The notes under the pieces were generated by a model. The model did no database searches. It saw only the letters and a program-made list of their open reading frames with translations, and was not told where the DNA came from. DNA of 64,000 nucleotides, taken from the NCBI RefSeq assembly GCF_039654945.1, contig NW_027361696.1, forward strand, positions 84,196,001-84,260,000, given 5' to 3'. Made by a program: the position numbers and the translations under genes. The stretch comes from Dendrobates tinctorius (Eukaryota). Each line of letters begins with the position of its first letter. Within the stretch, counting starts at the first letter, position 1. Below, in pieces: positions 50,049 through 63,480 of the stretch.

Positions 50049-53000
50049 ATGCTAGCCAAGATCTCTGGCCTTACCCTGGCCCAAATCCTCCATGTGGAAA
50101 CGCTTCTGGGCCAGTACCAGGAGGTATTTGCCAACCATGAGAATGATTTTGGATGTACCACAGCCATTACGCACCGCATTCCCATGGCAGGAACGGCTCC
50201 CATCAGGGAACGATATCGCCAGATTCCCCCACAACTATACCAGCAGGTGAAAACTTTACTGGGCCAAATGCTGCGGAAAGGAGTGATCCGAGAAAGCCAG
50301 AGTCCCTGGGCAGCCCCCATCGTGTTGGTCCTCAAGAGGGATGGCACCTTGCGGTTCTGTTTGGACTATCGAAAACTGAAGGCTTGTACCATCAAAGATT
50401 CGTACCCGCTGCCCAGCATAGAGGAGTCCCTATCCGCCCTGGGAAAAGCGACATACTTCTCGACTTTAGATCTGGCCAGCGGGTACTGGCAGGTGCCAAT
50501 GTCAGAGGAAGACCGTACCAAGTCCGCGTTCATTCTCCCCATGGGACTGCTAGAATTCAATCGTATGCCGTTCGGGCTGGCCAACTCCCCCAGGACCTTT
50601 CAATGGCTGATGGAGCGGTGTCTGGGAGATCTCAACTTCAAGACCACACTGATACCTGGAAGACCTCATCTATGCCGCCACATTCGAGGACCACCTGCGG
50701 CGGTTGGAGCAGGTGCTCGGGTGGCTGTAGAAGTACGGGTTGAAGGTAAAGCCCCATAAATGCCACCTATTTCGTACACAGATCGTATACCTGGGGCATA
50801 CCGTCTCCGCCAAAGGCGTTAGACCATCCATGGAAAAGGTGGCCGCGATCCAAGGATGGCCTACTCCCGAGACGGTAAAAGATGTACGAGCCTTCCTGGG
50901 GCTGGCCGGATATTACCATTGCTTCATAAAGAACTTTGCACTTCGAGCTCGAGCCCTGCAAGACCTGCTGCAGGGGGCCCCTGCCGGAGCGAATGGATGG
51001 AAGATTCAGTGGCAAGAACCGCAGGAAGAGGCCTTCAGAGATCTCAAAGCAGCACTCGGATGCCCCGATGTTAGCTTATATGGATTTCTCGCAGCCGTTC
51101 ATACTGCACACTAGGGTGACCGGATCTCATATGGGGGGGAAAAAAATGTCAGAATCTTGTTCGTCTGGACCCCACAAAACGATTCCCCTTTCCAGATATT
51201 GAGAGAGCCAAAATTTGAGCTCGATCAAACGACGTTAACCCGTGCCGCTCGTCGCTCAAAGTTTGAAAAAATCCAAATTGAGGTATTTTAAGATTTAGGT
51301 ATTTTGCATAGTCTGTTAGACTATAAAGAATGTGACAACAACATTGCAGAAATAGCCCTGACCAAATTTTCGAACCATTTGTGGTATTTGAATGCAGAGT
51401 TGGTGGGATTATCGTTTTTTGATCCCACCATTACAGACAATGAAAAGTTGTTAATGGCTAATAAATTGCTCAGTAGCACAGATGAACCATCAGAGCACGC
51501 TAACCTACATAAGTTGGTAATTTTACATAGTTATCTAATCTATTCTAGAGCTTTTGTTAAAGTAGTTTATGAAACGTCAGAATATAATGCTCGGCATTTG
51601 CTTACAACTTGCAGGACATATTGCTTTTGTTCTTCATCTTTTGTCAGAAGGTCGTTAAAGTCGGTTACTTCCTACCTCTTTTAATTTTTCTTTCCTAACT
51701 TTTGGATTTACAACCCTAGCGTGCTCTGACATCGACATCGATTGTTTGCGGTCACCCTACTGCACACTGACGGGAGCCTCCACGGGCTAGGTGCTGTATT
51801 GTCACAAGTCCAAGACGGCCGGGAGAAAGTGATCGCTTAAGGCAGTCGATCACTCCACGTAATCCCGACTATTACAGCTCCTTTAAGCTCGAGCTCCTCG
51901 CAGTAGTGTGGGCCATGACGGAGCGGTTCGCAGAGTACCTGGCGGGCTCCGAGGTGGTGGTACGGACTGACAACAACCCACTGGCCCACCTCGAAAATGC
52001 CAAATTAGGGGCTCTGGAGCAACGATGGGTGGCCCGGATGGCCAAGTTCAAGTACAAGATCATCTACAAAAGGGGAGCAGAGAATATACATGCTGACGCC
52101 CTCGCCAGGATCCGGCGCACAATCCCAGGGCAAAGCCGAGACGACGAACTGGAAGGAGAGGAGACACCGTTCGCTCTGGCCCCCGCCGGACTCACAGCCA
52201 CCACGCAAGAACAATCCCATATAGTACTCCCAAGGGGCATGCTAGAACAATCCCGTGATAAATGGATCCAGCAACAGCAAGAAGATGGAGAGATTGGACC
52301 CCTGCGCCAATGGGTAGCCACAGCCAAAATGCCTAGTGACTCCCAGAGGCAGACCTTGACTCAGGACGCATTGTTAATGCTATGCCAATGGGAGAAATTA
52401 GTAATCAGGAAGGGACTATTGTACCGCAAGACAGTATCACGGACGACATCAGCAACAGCATGGCAAGTCGTCGTACCCGGAGCCCAACTTATTGAACCAG
52501 CTCGAGAAGCCCATGAAAAAGGGGCTCATTTTGGGGCTCAAAAGACTTTTCAGTGGTTGCAGCAAATGGCTTACCATCCTCGTTTCCAAACCGCAATGGA
52601 AGAGGCTTGCCGGGCATGCCGCCTATGCGAGCTAGCTAAACCACCCGCACAACGGGCCCCAGTACAAACAATAGTAACATCAGCACCCCTCAAACTCTTG
52701 ATGATTGACTATTTGACTATTGGCCGTGCACACCAGGGGTATGAACATTGTCTCATCATGGTGGACCATTTCACCAAATTCGCCGTGGTAACCCCTACCC
52801 GAGATCAAACTGCGGAGTCACGCAATTTCCAAAAAATTTATTCAAGTATATGGCTGCCCCCAACGGATACATTCAGATCAGGGGGCGTGTTTCCTGGGAA
52901 AAGTCATGGAAGAACTACACCATCTCTATGGTATTGATAAATCCCGTACCACTCCGTACCACCCACAGGGGAATGGGGCCTGCGAACGATTCAATCAGAC

Positions 53001-53560
53001 GCTAATCCAAATGTTATGCACCCTGGAGAGCGACCGGAAGGCCCATTGGCCTGAGTACATCCCTGAACTAGTGTGGGTTTATAACAACCGGGTACACCGA
53101 GTCACCGGCTACACCCCCTACTCGCTGCTATTCGGCCGGGAAGGCAAGGGGATCACAGAGGTGGAACTGAATCCAGAAGAGCAACAACCATGGACGGGGG
53201 TTTAGTCGTGGGTCCGGAACTACCGGCATCAGCTACAGACCCTACATCGAATCGTCCATACAAAAGTCTAGGACCTGGAGCATCCAGGGGGGGACTCTGC
53301 CTCGGCCCATTGACCTCCAGGCCGGGGATCAGGTACTCATACAAGATCAGCGTCCGCAGAACAAGCTGGAGCCCCACTGGGAAGAGAGTCCATATCGAGT
53401 GTTGCGCCGAGTAAACCCCAAAGGGCCAGTGTACGAAATACAACTTGAAAAAGACGGAGGCCTCCCTACCCGTACCGTGCACCGTAATATGTTACGACCC
53501 TGTACTGCCACCGACCCCATACGACCCGAGCCCACGCCTCAGGTCTCAGAACCTCTGCTA
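50049..53560 (+). pseudogene. Gypsy pol remnant (RT, RNase H, integrase)
   Basis: SPWAAPIVLV.K.DG.LRFCLDYRKL, TLDLASGYWQ, MPFGL, YLED (frameshifted), HTD.S..GLGAVL, TDNNPL, HHCC zinc finger, IDY/HSDQG/GACERFN catalytic DDE. Stops and frameshifts throughout. Confidence 0.95.
51112..51759 (+). mobile_element. hAT (hATm-like) internally deleted DNA transposon inserted in the Gypsy RNase H region
   Basis: Perfect TIR TAGGGTGACCG. 8-bp TSD CTGCACAC at 51104-51111 and 51760-51767. Transposase-like fragment KFSNHLWYLNAELVGLSFFD. Confidence 0.85.
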
Positions 53561-54438
53561 GCAATCTGGGATGAGGACGACAAAGAAGACGACGGAGCAG
53601 GAGAGATGAAGCACGGGAGCTAGAGGTCCCAAGGGAGCCAGAGTAAGAGCCTTCGCCAGAGAGGAGAGCAGCGACAGGAAACTCACCGTGGGCAGAAGGA
53701 GGACGGTACCGAGCCGTCCAGCAGAGGAACACCGACCGGTCACCCTCATCCCTAGCGTCCGCCACCGCCCGACTTCAGCCCGCGGTTGCGACCTGTCCGC
53801 TGCCGCCCGTTGTCATCGCCGTTCCACTCCAGCCCGCAGTTGCAGCCTGGCCGTCGCCGCTCCACTCCCGCCGGCCTGTCCGTTGCCGCCTGCGGTCCCC
53901 ATAACGCAGCTCTGGGCTGCGACTGCGGTTTGCCTGTAGCCACTTGAGGCCGCCGCTGCCCGTTCCCATCTTGGGGCTGCGGCCTCCATTCTCCAGCCCC
54001 CAGGCGACACCGCACTGCCTACGCCGGGGGGCACTACGCCGAGGAACTCTCCAGGGACCTGCTGTGCCCCCAACTCGCCTGGGCCTAGGAGCGCCCGAAG
54101 TCTTCGCCAGATCCTTATCGGCTGGGCCCAGCGGCTGAAACGCTGAAGCATCGCCGATCAGTACTCTGCCGGATGTCAGAGAGGATAAGTGACACGTTGT
54201 AATTAAGGACCCATAGTCGGCCATACCGTGGCCCTATAGTGACCGGTCTTTGCCGGGTTAGTCGTGTTTGCATTACCAGTGTGTTCTTGTGTTGATCCCT
54301 GCGAGGACAATTATTGTTAGCTTATTTGGCTGCTCAAGATAGCCCCTATAGGCAGCTATATATATATAAAAGTTACACTTTGAAGTTCAAACCGTCTCGC
54401 ATCTCGTCACTGCATCCCGCGTACCTGTGAGTACTACA

Positions 54439-57400
54439 CTGCACTAAACCCCCCTCATCTGCTGATTTAATACACAACGCTGCACTAAACCCCCTCAACT
54501 GCTGCCATAATACACAATGCTGTACTAAACCCCCCTGATCTGCTGTTATAATACACAACGCTGCACTAGACCCCCCTCATCTGCTGCTATAATACACAGA
54601 GGTACACTAAACCCCCCTCATCTGCTGCTATAATACACAGAGGTACACTAAACCCCCTCATCTGCTGCTATAATACACAGCGCTACACTAAACCCCCCTC
54701 ATCTGCTGCTATAATACACAGAGGTACACTAAACCCCCCTCATCTGCTGCTATAATACACAGAGGTACACTAAACCCCCTCATCTGCTGCTATAATACAC
54801 AGCGCTACACTAAACCCCCCTCATTTGCTGCTATAATACACAGCGCTACACTAAACCCCCTCATCTGTTGCTATAATACACAGCGCTACACTAAACCCCC
54901 CTCATCTGCTGCTATAATACACAGCGCTACACTAAACCCCCCTCATCTGCTGCTATAATACACAGCGCTGCACTAGACCCCCCTCATCTGCTGCTATAAT
55001 ACACAGCGCTGCACTAGACCCCCCTCATCTGCTGCTACAATACACAGAGGTACACTAAACCCCCCTCATCTGCTGCTATAATACACAGAGGTACACTAAA
55101 CCCCCCTCATCTGCTGCTATAATACACAGAGGTACACTAAACCCCCCTCATCTGCTGCTATAATACACAGCGCTGCACTAAACCCCGCTCATCTGCTACT
55201 ATAATACACAGCGCTACACTAAACCCCCCTCATCTGCGGATATAATACACAGCGCTGCACTAAATCCTCCTCATCTGCTGCTATAATACACAGCGCTGCA
55301 CTAAACCCCCCTCATCTGCTGCTATAATACACAGAGGTACACTAAACCCCCCTCATCTGCTACTGTAATACACAGCGCTGCACTAAACCCCCTCATCTGC
55401 TGCTATAATACACAGAGGTACACTAAACCCCCCTCATCTGCTACTATAATACACAGCGCTGCACTAAACCCCCTTCATCTGCTGCTGCTATAATACAATG
55501 CTGCACTAAACCCCTTCATCTGCTGCTATAATACACAGCGCTGCACTAAACCCCGCTCATCTGCTGCTATAATACACAGCGCTGCACTAAACCCCCCTCA
55601 TCTGCTGCTATAATACACAGCGCTGCACTAAACCCCCCTCATCTGCTGCTATAATACACAGCGCTGCACTAAACCCCCCTCATCTGCTGCTATAATACAC
55701 AGCGCTGCACTAAACCCCCCTCATCTGCTGCTATAATACACAGCGCTGCACTAAACCCCCCTCATCTGCTGCTATAATACACAGCGCTGCACTAAACCCC
55801 CCTCATCTGCTGCTATAATACACAGCGCTGCACTAAACCCCCCTCATCTGCTGCTATAATACACAGCGCTGCACTAAACCCCCCTCATCTGCTGCTATAA
55901 TACACAGCGCTGCACTAAACCCCCCTCATCTGCTGCTATAATACACAGCGCTGCACTAAGCCCCCCTCATCTGCTGCTATAATACACAGCGCTGCACTAA
56001 GCCCCCCTCATCTGCCGCTATAATACACAGCGCTGCACTAAGCCCCCCTCATCTGCCGCTATAATACACAGCGCTGCACTAAACCCCCCTCATCTGCTGC
56101 TATAATACACAGCGCTGTACTAAACCCCCCTCATCTGCTGCTATAATACACAGAGGTACACTAAACCCCCCTCATCTGCTACTATAATACACAGAGGTAC
56201 ACTAAACCCCCCTCATCTGCTACTATAATACACAGCGCTGCACTAAACCCCCCTCATCTGCTGCTATAATACACAGCGCTGCATTAAACCCCCTCATCTG
56301 CTGCTATAATACACAGCGCTGCACTAAACCCCCCTCATCTGCTGCTATAATACACAGCGCTGCACTAAGCCCCCCTCATCTGCCGCTATAATACACAGCG
56401 CTGCACTAAGCCCCCCGCATCTGCCGCTATAATACACAGCGCTGCACTAAACCCCCCTCATCTGCCGCTATAATACACAGCGCTACACTAAACCCCCCCT
56501 CATCTGCCGCTATAATACACAGCGCTACACTAAACCCCCCTCATCTGCTGCTATAATACACAGCGCTACACTAAACCCCCCTCATCTGCTGCTATAATAC
56601 ACAGCGCTACACTAAACCCCCCTCATTTGCTGCTATAATACACAGCGCTGCACTAGACCCCCCTCATCTGCTGCTATAATACACAGCGCTGCACTAGACC
56701 CCCCTCATCTGCTGCTATAATACACAGCGCTGCACTAAACCCCCCTCATCTGCCGCTATAATACACAGCGCTGCACTAAACCCCCCTCATCTGCCGCTAT
56801 AATACACAGTGCTACACTAAACCCCCTCATCTGCTGCTATAATACACAGTGCTGCACTAAACCCCCCTCATCTGCTGCTATAATACACAGCGCTGCACTA
56901 AGCCCCCCTCATCTGCTGCTATAATACACAGCGCTGCACTAAACCCCCCTCATCTGACAGCGCTAAACTAAACCCCCCTCATCTGCTGCTATAATACACA
57001 GCGCTACACTAAACCCCCCTCATCTGCTGCTATAATACACAGCGCTACACTAAACCCCCCTCATTTGCTGCTATAATACACAGAGGTACACTAAACCCCC
57101 CTCATCTGCTGCTATAATACACAGCGCTGCACTAAACCCCCCTCATCTGCTGCTATAATACACAGCACTGCACTAAACCCCCCTCATCTGCTGCTATAAT
57201 ACACAGCGCTGTACTAAACCCCCCTCATCTGCTGCTATAATACACAGAGGTACACTAAACCCCCCTCATCTGCTGCTATAATACACAGCGCTACACTAAA
57301 CCCCCCTCATCTGCTGCTATAATACACAGCGCTGCACTAGACCCCCCTCATCTGCTGCTATAATACACAGCGCTGCACTAAACCCCCCTCATCTGCTGCT

Positions 57401-60400
57401 ATAATACACAGCGCTGTACTAAACCCCCCTCATCTGCTGCTATAATACACAGAGGTACACTAAACCCCCCTCATCTGCTGCTATAATACACAGCGCTGCA
57501 CTAAACCCCCCTCATCTGCTGCTATAATACACAGCGCTGCACTAAACCCCCCTCATCTGCTGCTATAATACACAGCGCTGCACTAAACCCCCCTCATCTG
57601 CCGCTATAATACACAGCGCTGCACTAAGCCCCCCTCATCTGCCGCTATAATACACAGCGCTGCACTAAGCCCCCCGCATCTGCCGCTATAATACACAGCG
57701 CTGCACTAAACCCCCCTCATCTGCCGCTATAATACACAGCGCTACACTAACCCCCCCTCATCTGCTGCTATAATACACAGCGCTACACTAAACCCCCCTC
57801 ATCTGCTGCTATAATACACAGCGCTACACTAAACCCCCCTCATCTGCTGCTATAATACACAGCGCTACACTAAACCCCCCTCATCTGCTGCTATAATACA
57901 CAGCGCTGCACTAGACCCCCCTCATCTGCTGCTATAATACACAGCGCTGCACTAGACCCCCCCTCATCTGCTGCTATAATACACAGCGCTGCACTAAACC
58001 CCCCTCATCTGCCGCTATAATACACAGCGCTGCACTAAACCCCCCTCATCTGCCGCTATAATACACAGCGCTACACTAAACCCCCTCATCTGCTGCTATA
58101 ATACACAGCGCTACACTAAACCCCCCTCATCTGCTGCTATAATACACAGCGCTACACTAAACCCCCTCATCTGTTTCTATAATACACAGCGCTACACTAA
58201 ACCCCCCTCATCTGCTGCTATAATACACAGCGCTACACTAAACCCCCCTCATCTGCTGCTATAATACACAGCGCTACACTAAACCCCCTCATCTGCTGCT
58301 ATAATACACAGCGCTACACTAAACCCCCTCATCTGTTGCTATAATACACAGCGCTACACTAAACCCCCCTCATCTGCTGCTATAATACACAGCGCTACAC
58401 TAAACCCCCCTCATCTGCTGCTATAATACACAGCGCTACACTAAACCCCCCTCATTTGCTGCTATAATACACAGCGCTGCACTAGACCCCCCTCATCTGC
58501 TGCTATAATACACAGCGCTACACTAAACCCCCCTCATCTGCTGCTATAATACACAGCGCTACACTAAACCCCCTCATCTGTTTCTATAACACACAGCGCT
58601 ACACTAAACCCCCCTCATCTGCTGCTATAATACACAGCGCTACACTAAACCCCCCTCATCTGCTGCTATAATACACAGCGCTACACTAAACCCCCTCATC
58701 TGCTGCTATAATACACAGCGCTACACTAAACCCCCTCATCTGTTGCTATAATACACAGCGCTACACTAAACCCCCCTCATCTGCTGCTATAATACACAGC
58801 GCTGCACTAAACCCCCCTCATCTGCTGCTATAATACACAGCGCTGCACTAAACCCCCCTCATCTGCTGCTATAATACACAGCGCTGCACTAAACCCCCCT
58901 CATCTGCTGCTATAATACACAGCGCTGCACTAAACCCCCCTCATCTGCTGCTATAATACACAGCGCTGTACTAAACCCCCCTCATCTGCTGCTATAATAC
59001 ACAGAGGTACACTAAACCCCCCTCATCTGCTGCTATAATACACAGCGCTACACTAAACCCCCTCATCTGCTGCTATAATACACAGCGCTACACTAAACCC
59101 CCCTCATCTGCTGCTATAATGCACAGCGCTACACTAAACCCCCCGCATCTGCCGCTATAATACACAGCGCTGCACTAAACCCCCCTCATCTGCTGCTATA
59201 ATACACAGCGCTGCACTAAACCCCCCTCATCTGCTGCTATAATACACAGCGCTGCACTAAGCCCCCCTCATCTGCTGCTATAATACACAGCGCTGCACTA
59301 AACCCCCCTCATCTGACAGCGCTACACTAAACCCCCCTCATCTGCTGCTATAATACACAGCGCTACACTAAACCCCCCTCATCTGCTGCTATAATACACA
59401 GCGCTACACTAAACCCCCCTCATCTGCTGCTATAATACACAGCGCTACACTAAACCCCCTCATCTGTTTCTATAATACACAGCGCTACACTAAACCCCCC
59501 TCATCTGCTGCTATAATACACAGCGCTACACTAAACCCCCCTCATCTGCTGCTATAATACACAGCGCTACACTAAACCCCCTCATCTGCTGCTATAATAC
59601 ACAGTGCTACACTAAACCCCCTCATCTGTTGCTATAATACACAGCGCTACACTAAACCCCCCTCATCTGCTGCTATAATACACAGCGCTACACTAAACCC
59701 CCCTCATCTGCTGCTATAATACACAGCGCTACACTAAACCCCCCTCATTTGCTGCTATAATACACAGCGCTGCACTAGACCCCCCTCATCTGCTGCTATA
59801 ATACACAGCGCTACACTAAACCCCCCTCATCTGCTGCTATAATACACAGCGCTACACTAAACCCCCCTCATCTGCCGCTATAATACACAGCGCTGCACTA
59901 AGCCCCCCTCATCTGCTGCTATAATACACAGCGCTACACTAAACCCCCCTCATCTGCTGCTATAATACACAGCGCTACACTAAACCCCCTCATCTGCTGC
60001 TATAATACACAGCGCTACACTAAACCCCCTCATCTGTTGCTATAATACACAGCGCTACACTAAACCCCCTCATCTGTTGCTATAATACACAGAGGTACAC
60101 TAAACCCCCTCATCTGCTGCTATAATACACAGCGCTGCACTAAGCCCCCCTCATCTGCTGCTATAATACACAGCACTACACTAAACCCCCCTCATCTGCT
60201 GCTATAATACACAGCGCTACACTAAACCCCCTCATCTGCTGCTATAATACACAGCGCTGCACTAAGCCCCCCTCATCTGCTGCTATAATACACAGCGCTA
60301 CACTAAACCCCCTCATCTGTTGCTATAATACACAGCGCTACACTAAACCCCCCTCATCTGCTGCTATAATACACAGCGCTACACTAAACCCCCCTCATCT

Positions 60401-60742
60401 GCTGCTATAATACACAGCGCTGCACTAAACCCCCTCATCTGCTGCTATAATACACAGCGCTACACTAAACCCCCTCATCTGTTGCTATAATACACAGCGC
60501 TACACTAAACCCCCCTCATCTGCTGCTATAATACACAGCGCTGCACTAAACCCCCCTCATCTGCTGCTATAATACACAGCGTTGCACTAAACCCCCCTCA
60601 TCTGCTATTATAATACACAGCGCTACACTAAACCCCCCTCATCTGCTGCTATAATACACAGCGCTGCACTAAACCCCCCTCATCTGTTGCTATAATACAC
60701 AGCGCTACACTAAACCCCCCTCATCTGCTATTATAATACAGC
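54439..60742. repeat. 41-bp satellite array, right block (about 154 units)
   Basis: Same unit, mostly the CTGCTG variant. Confidence 0.98.
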
Positions 60743-60859
60743 GCCCCCTTAGCACACACATTGGTATTACACAGCAGCGATGACGGACAGGCAGTGACTC
60801 TCTTTCACCTCCTTGTACATCTGTGCGCAGTAACCCTTAGCTCGCCCCCTGTCGGCACC

Positions 60860-61030
60860 ATGTAGTACCACACGCTGACCTTGAACAAAGCTTTATACAC
60901 TGATTCTGGGACACGTGCTGCGCGCTCCAATCCAGGCTCCCTTCCTATCATCCAATCAGAGAGCCGCTCTGGACCCACCTCCATCTCTGGACCAATCAAA
61001 ATCAAGGGCGGCCAATCTGACCAATCACAG
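60860..61030 (-). promoter_or_regulatory. Candidate Pol II promoter facing BCAT2 (TATA, five CCAAT boxes, E-box, GC box, ERRE-like site)
   Basis: TATAAA on the minus strand at 60892-60897. CCAAT at 60927, 60952, 60992, 61012 and 61021. CACGTG at 60912-60917, GGGCGG at 61006-61011, TCAAGGTCA (minus) at 60876-60884. Confidence 0.6.
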
Positions 61031-61874
61031 GTCAGCTTTAATCAACGCCCCCCGTGCAGCTGATCAGCTGATGATCTACATCAGAGTAAACAGGCGGCTG
61101 AGCTAAGTGTTGGGAGGAGCTGTGCTACGAGGCACGATAGTGCCGGAAACCAGACGGTCCTCGGGGCTTTCTCGCTGAGTGACTTGCTTGTGTTACATAT
61201 TATCAGGCTGAATAATAAGCAGCCCTGCCCTGCGCCACAGAGGTTGTCAGGCTTCATCACCGGCCTCCTGCCAGGCAATGCCCGGATGCCACTGGTGTGT
61301 GGAGCCTGCACAGGGCATGGCCTGAACCCATAGGCATAGTGCACACTACCAATGGGGCTGCAGAAAATAAAGGGTTCCTCCGTCATGTCCATCAGCAGCA
61401 CCAGGGCCGGACTGGGACTAAAATTCAGCCCTGGCATTTGAAGTTACACAGGCCCACTAGTCACATGGTGACTATATAATATCTTTGTACACTTGTAGTT
61501 TACAAGAAGTGAGAGGAGATTAACACGACTATATAACATGTAGTCAGAGCTGTGCCCAGTATTTCAGCTCAGTCCTATTTATTGCTTTTAGGTACAGTAC
61601 TCCTCCCAAATCTCTGTCCCCTTTTGTATGCATGATTACAGAATTCCTGGCAGAACTGCTCTCTATTGGGCAACCAGACCCCCTGGTCATAGCCGCCCCT
61701 ATCATACCTCCCAACTTTTGAAGAAGGGAAAGACAGACAAAGACTGCGGCAAATTTTGGCCACGCCCAGCCACACCCATGTCACAAATAGTCACACCCAT
61801 GTCCACACCTAATCGCACCCATTTAGCACTGCTGATCACACTGACTGGTACTGAGGGCACAGTGGCTGGCACTA

Positions 61875-62165
61875 AGGAAGAGAGAAAACAGAGAGAGAGA
61901 GAAAAAAGAAAACAGAGAGAGCGAGAAAGAAAGGGGAAAGAAAGAAAGAACAGTGAGAGACAAAGAAAGAACAGTGAGAGACAGAGAAAGAGGGGAAAGA
62001 AAGAACAGAGAGACAGAGAAAGAACAGGGAGAGAAAGAAAGAAGTAAAGAAAAGAAAGAACAGAGAGAAAGAGAGGAAAGAAAAAGAAAGAAAGAAAGAG
62101 GGGAAGAAAGAACAGAGAGAGAAAGAAAGAACAGAGAGAGAAAGAAAAAGAGAGAAAGAAAGATT
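61875..62165. repeat. GA-rich low-complexity tract
   Basis: Almost purine-only (AGAA/AGAG)n. Confidence 0.9.
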
Positions 62166-62479
62166 CTACAAAGATACTATAGCAGCCCGGCTCCCATTGT
62201 AGTGCCCACCTGAGCCTCCCGGTGCAGGACCTATCATGATCCGCTCACATGGCCGGCATCCCCGATTCCAAGGCGATCCTGCTGTCTGCGCTGTCGGAGG
62301 AGGACACGGTGATGGATCTGAAGCATTCCTGGTTCCGTCACAATCTCCTCAAGAAATTATCTCATTTCCGGTCAGCTTCCAGCACATCACTTCAGGTGGA
62401 ACATCATGTGTGTGTTTTAAAATGCTCCTCGGGGCTCCGCCGTATACTCCTGTGTCCGTGGGAAAAGCACGCTTTGTAT

Positions 62480-63480
62480 GCTTTGTACACACTTGGCTCC
62501 GCTCCGTACATCCCGTACACATATGGCTCCACTCCATACACACACGGCTCCACTCTGTCCACCTCGTACACGCGTGGCTCCTCTCCGTACATCTCGTACA
62601 CATCCGGCTCCGCTCCGTACACCTCGTACACACGCGGCTCCTCTCCGTACACCTCGTACACGCGCGGCTCCTCTCCGTACACCTCGTACACGCGTGGCTC
62701 CTCTCCGTACACGCGCGGCTCCTCTCCGTACACCTGCGGCTCCTCTCCGTACACCTCGTACACGCGCGGCTCTGCTCGTACACCTCGTACACACACGGCT
62801 CTGCTCGTACACCTCGTACACACACGGCTCTGCTCGTACACCTCGTACACACACGGCTCTGCTCGTACACCTCGTACACACACGGCTCTGCTCGTACACC
62901 TCGTACACACACGGCTCTGCTCGTACACCTCGTACACACACGGCTCTGCTCGTACACCTCGTACACACACGGCTCCGCTCGTACACCTCGTACACACACG
63001 GCTCCGCTCCGTACACCTCGTACACACGGCTCCGCTCCGTACACCTAGTACACACACGGCACCGCTCCGTACACCTCGTACACACACGGCTCCTCTCCGT
63101 ACACCTCATACACAAACGGCTCCGCTCCGTACACCTCGTACACAAACGGCTCCTCTCCGTACATCTCGTACACCTGCGGCTCCTCTCCGTACACCTCGTA
63201 CACGCGCGGCTCCTCTCCGTACACCTCGTACACGCACGGCTCCGCTCCGTACACCTCGTACACGCACGGCTCCGCTCCGTACACCTCGTACACGCACGGC
63301 TCCGCTCCGTACACCTCGTACACGCACGGCTCCGCTCCGTACACCTCGTACACACACGGCTCCGCTCCGTACACCTCGTACACACACGGCTCCGCTCCGT
63401 ACACCTCGTACACACGGCTCCGCTCCGTACACCTCATACACACACGGCTCTGCTCCGTACACCTCATACACACACAGCTC
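62480..63480. repeat. ~28-30-bp minisatellite
   Basis: Unit GGCTCCGCTCCGTACACCTCGTACACACAC with variants. Confidence 0.95.

Larger units (their letters stand above)
49009..54438 (+). mobile_element. Decayed Gypsy/Ty3 LTR retrotransposon inside the satellite
   Basis: Direct repeats at about 49009-49585 and 53760-54438 (ending TACA), PBS, and RT-RH-IN order. Both LTRs lack a TG start, no TSD was found, and gag/protease are largely deleted. Confidence 0.95.

Noticed and set aside
49009-54438. Gypsy element as active
   Set aside because: Frameshifts, stops, deleted gag/protease, truncated LTRs and a hAT insertion in RNase H.
42955-60742. Satellite array as a CRISPR-like array
   Set aside because: Units are head-to-tail with no unique spacers, there are no cas genes, and the context is eukaryotic.
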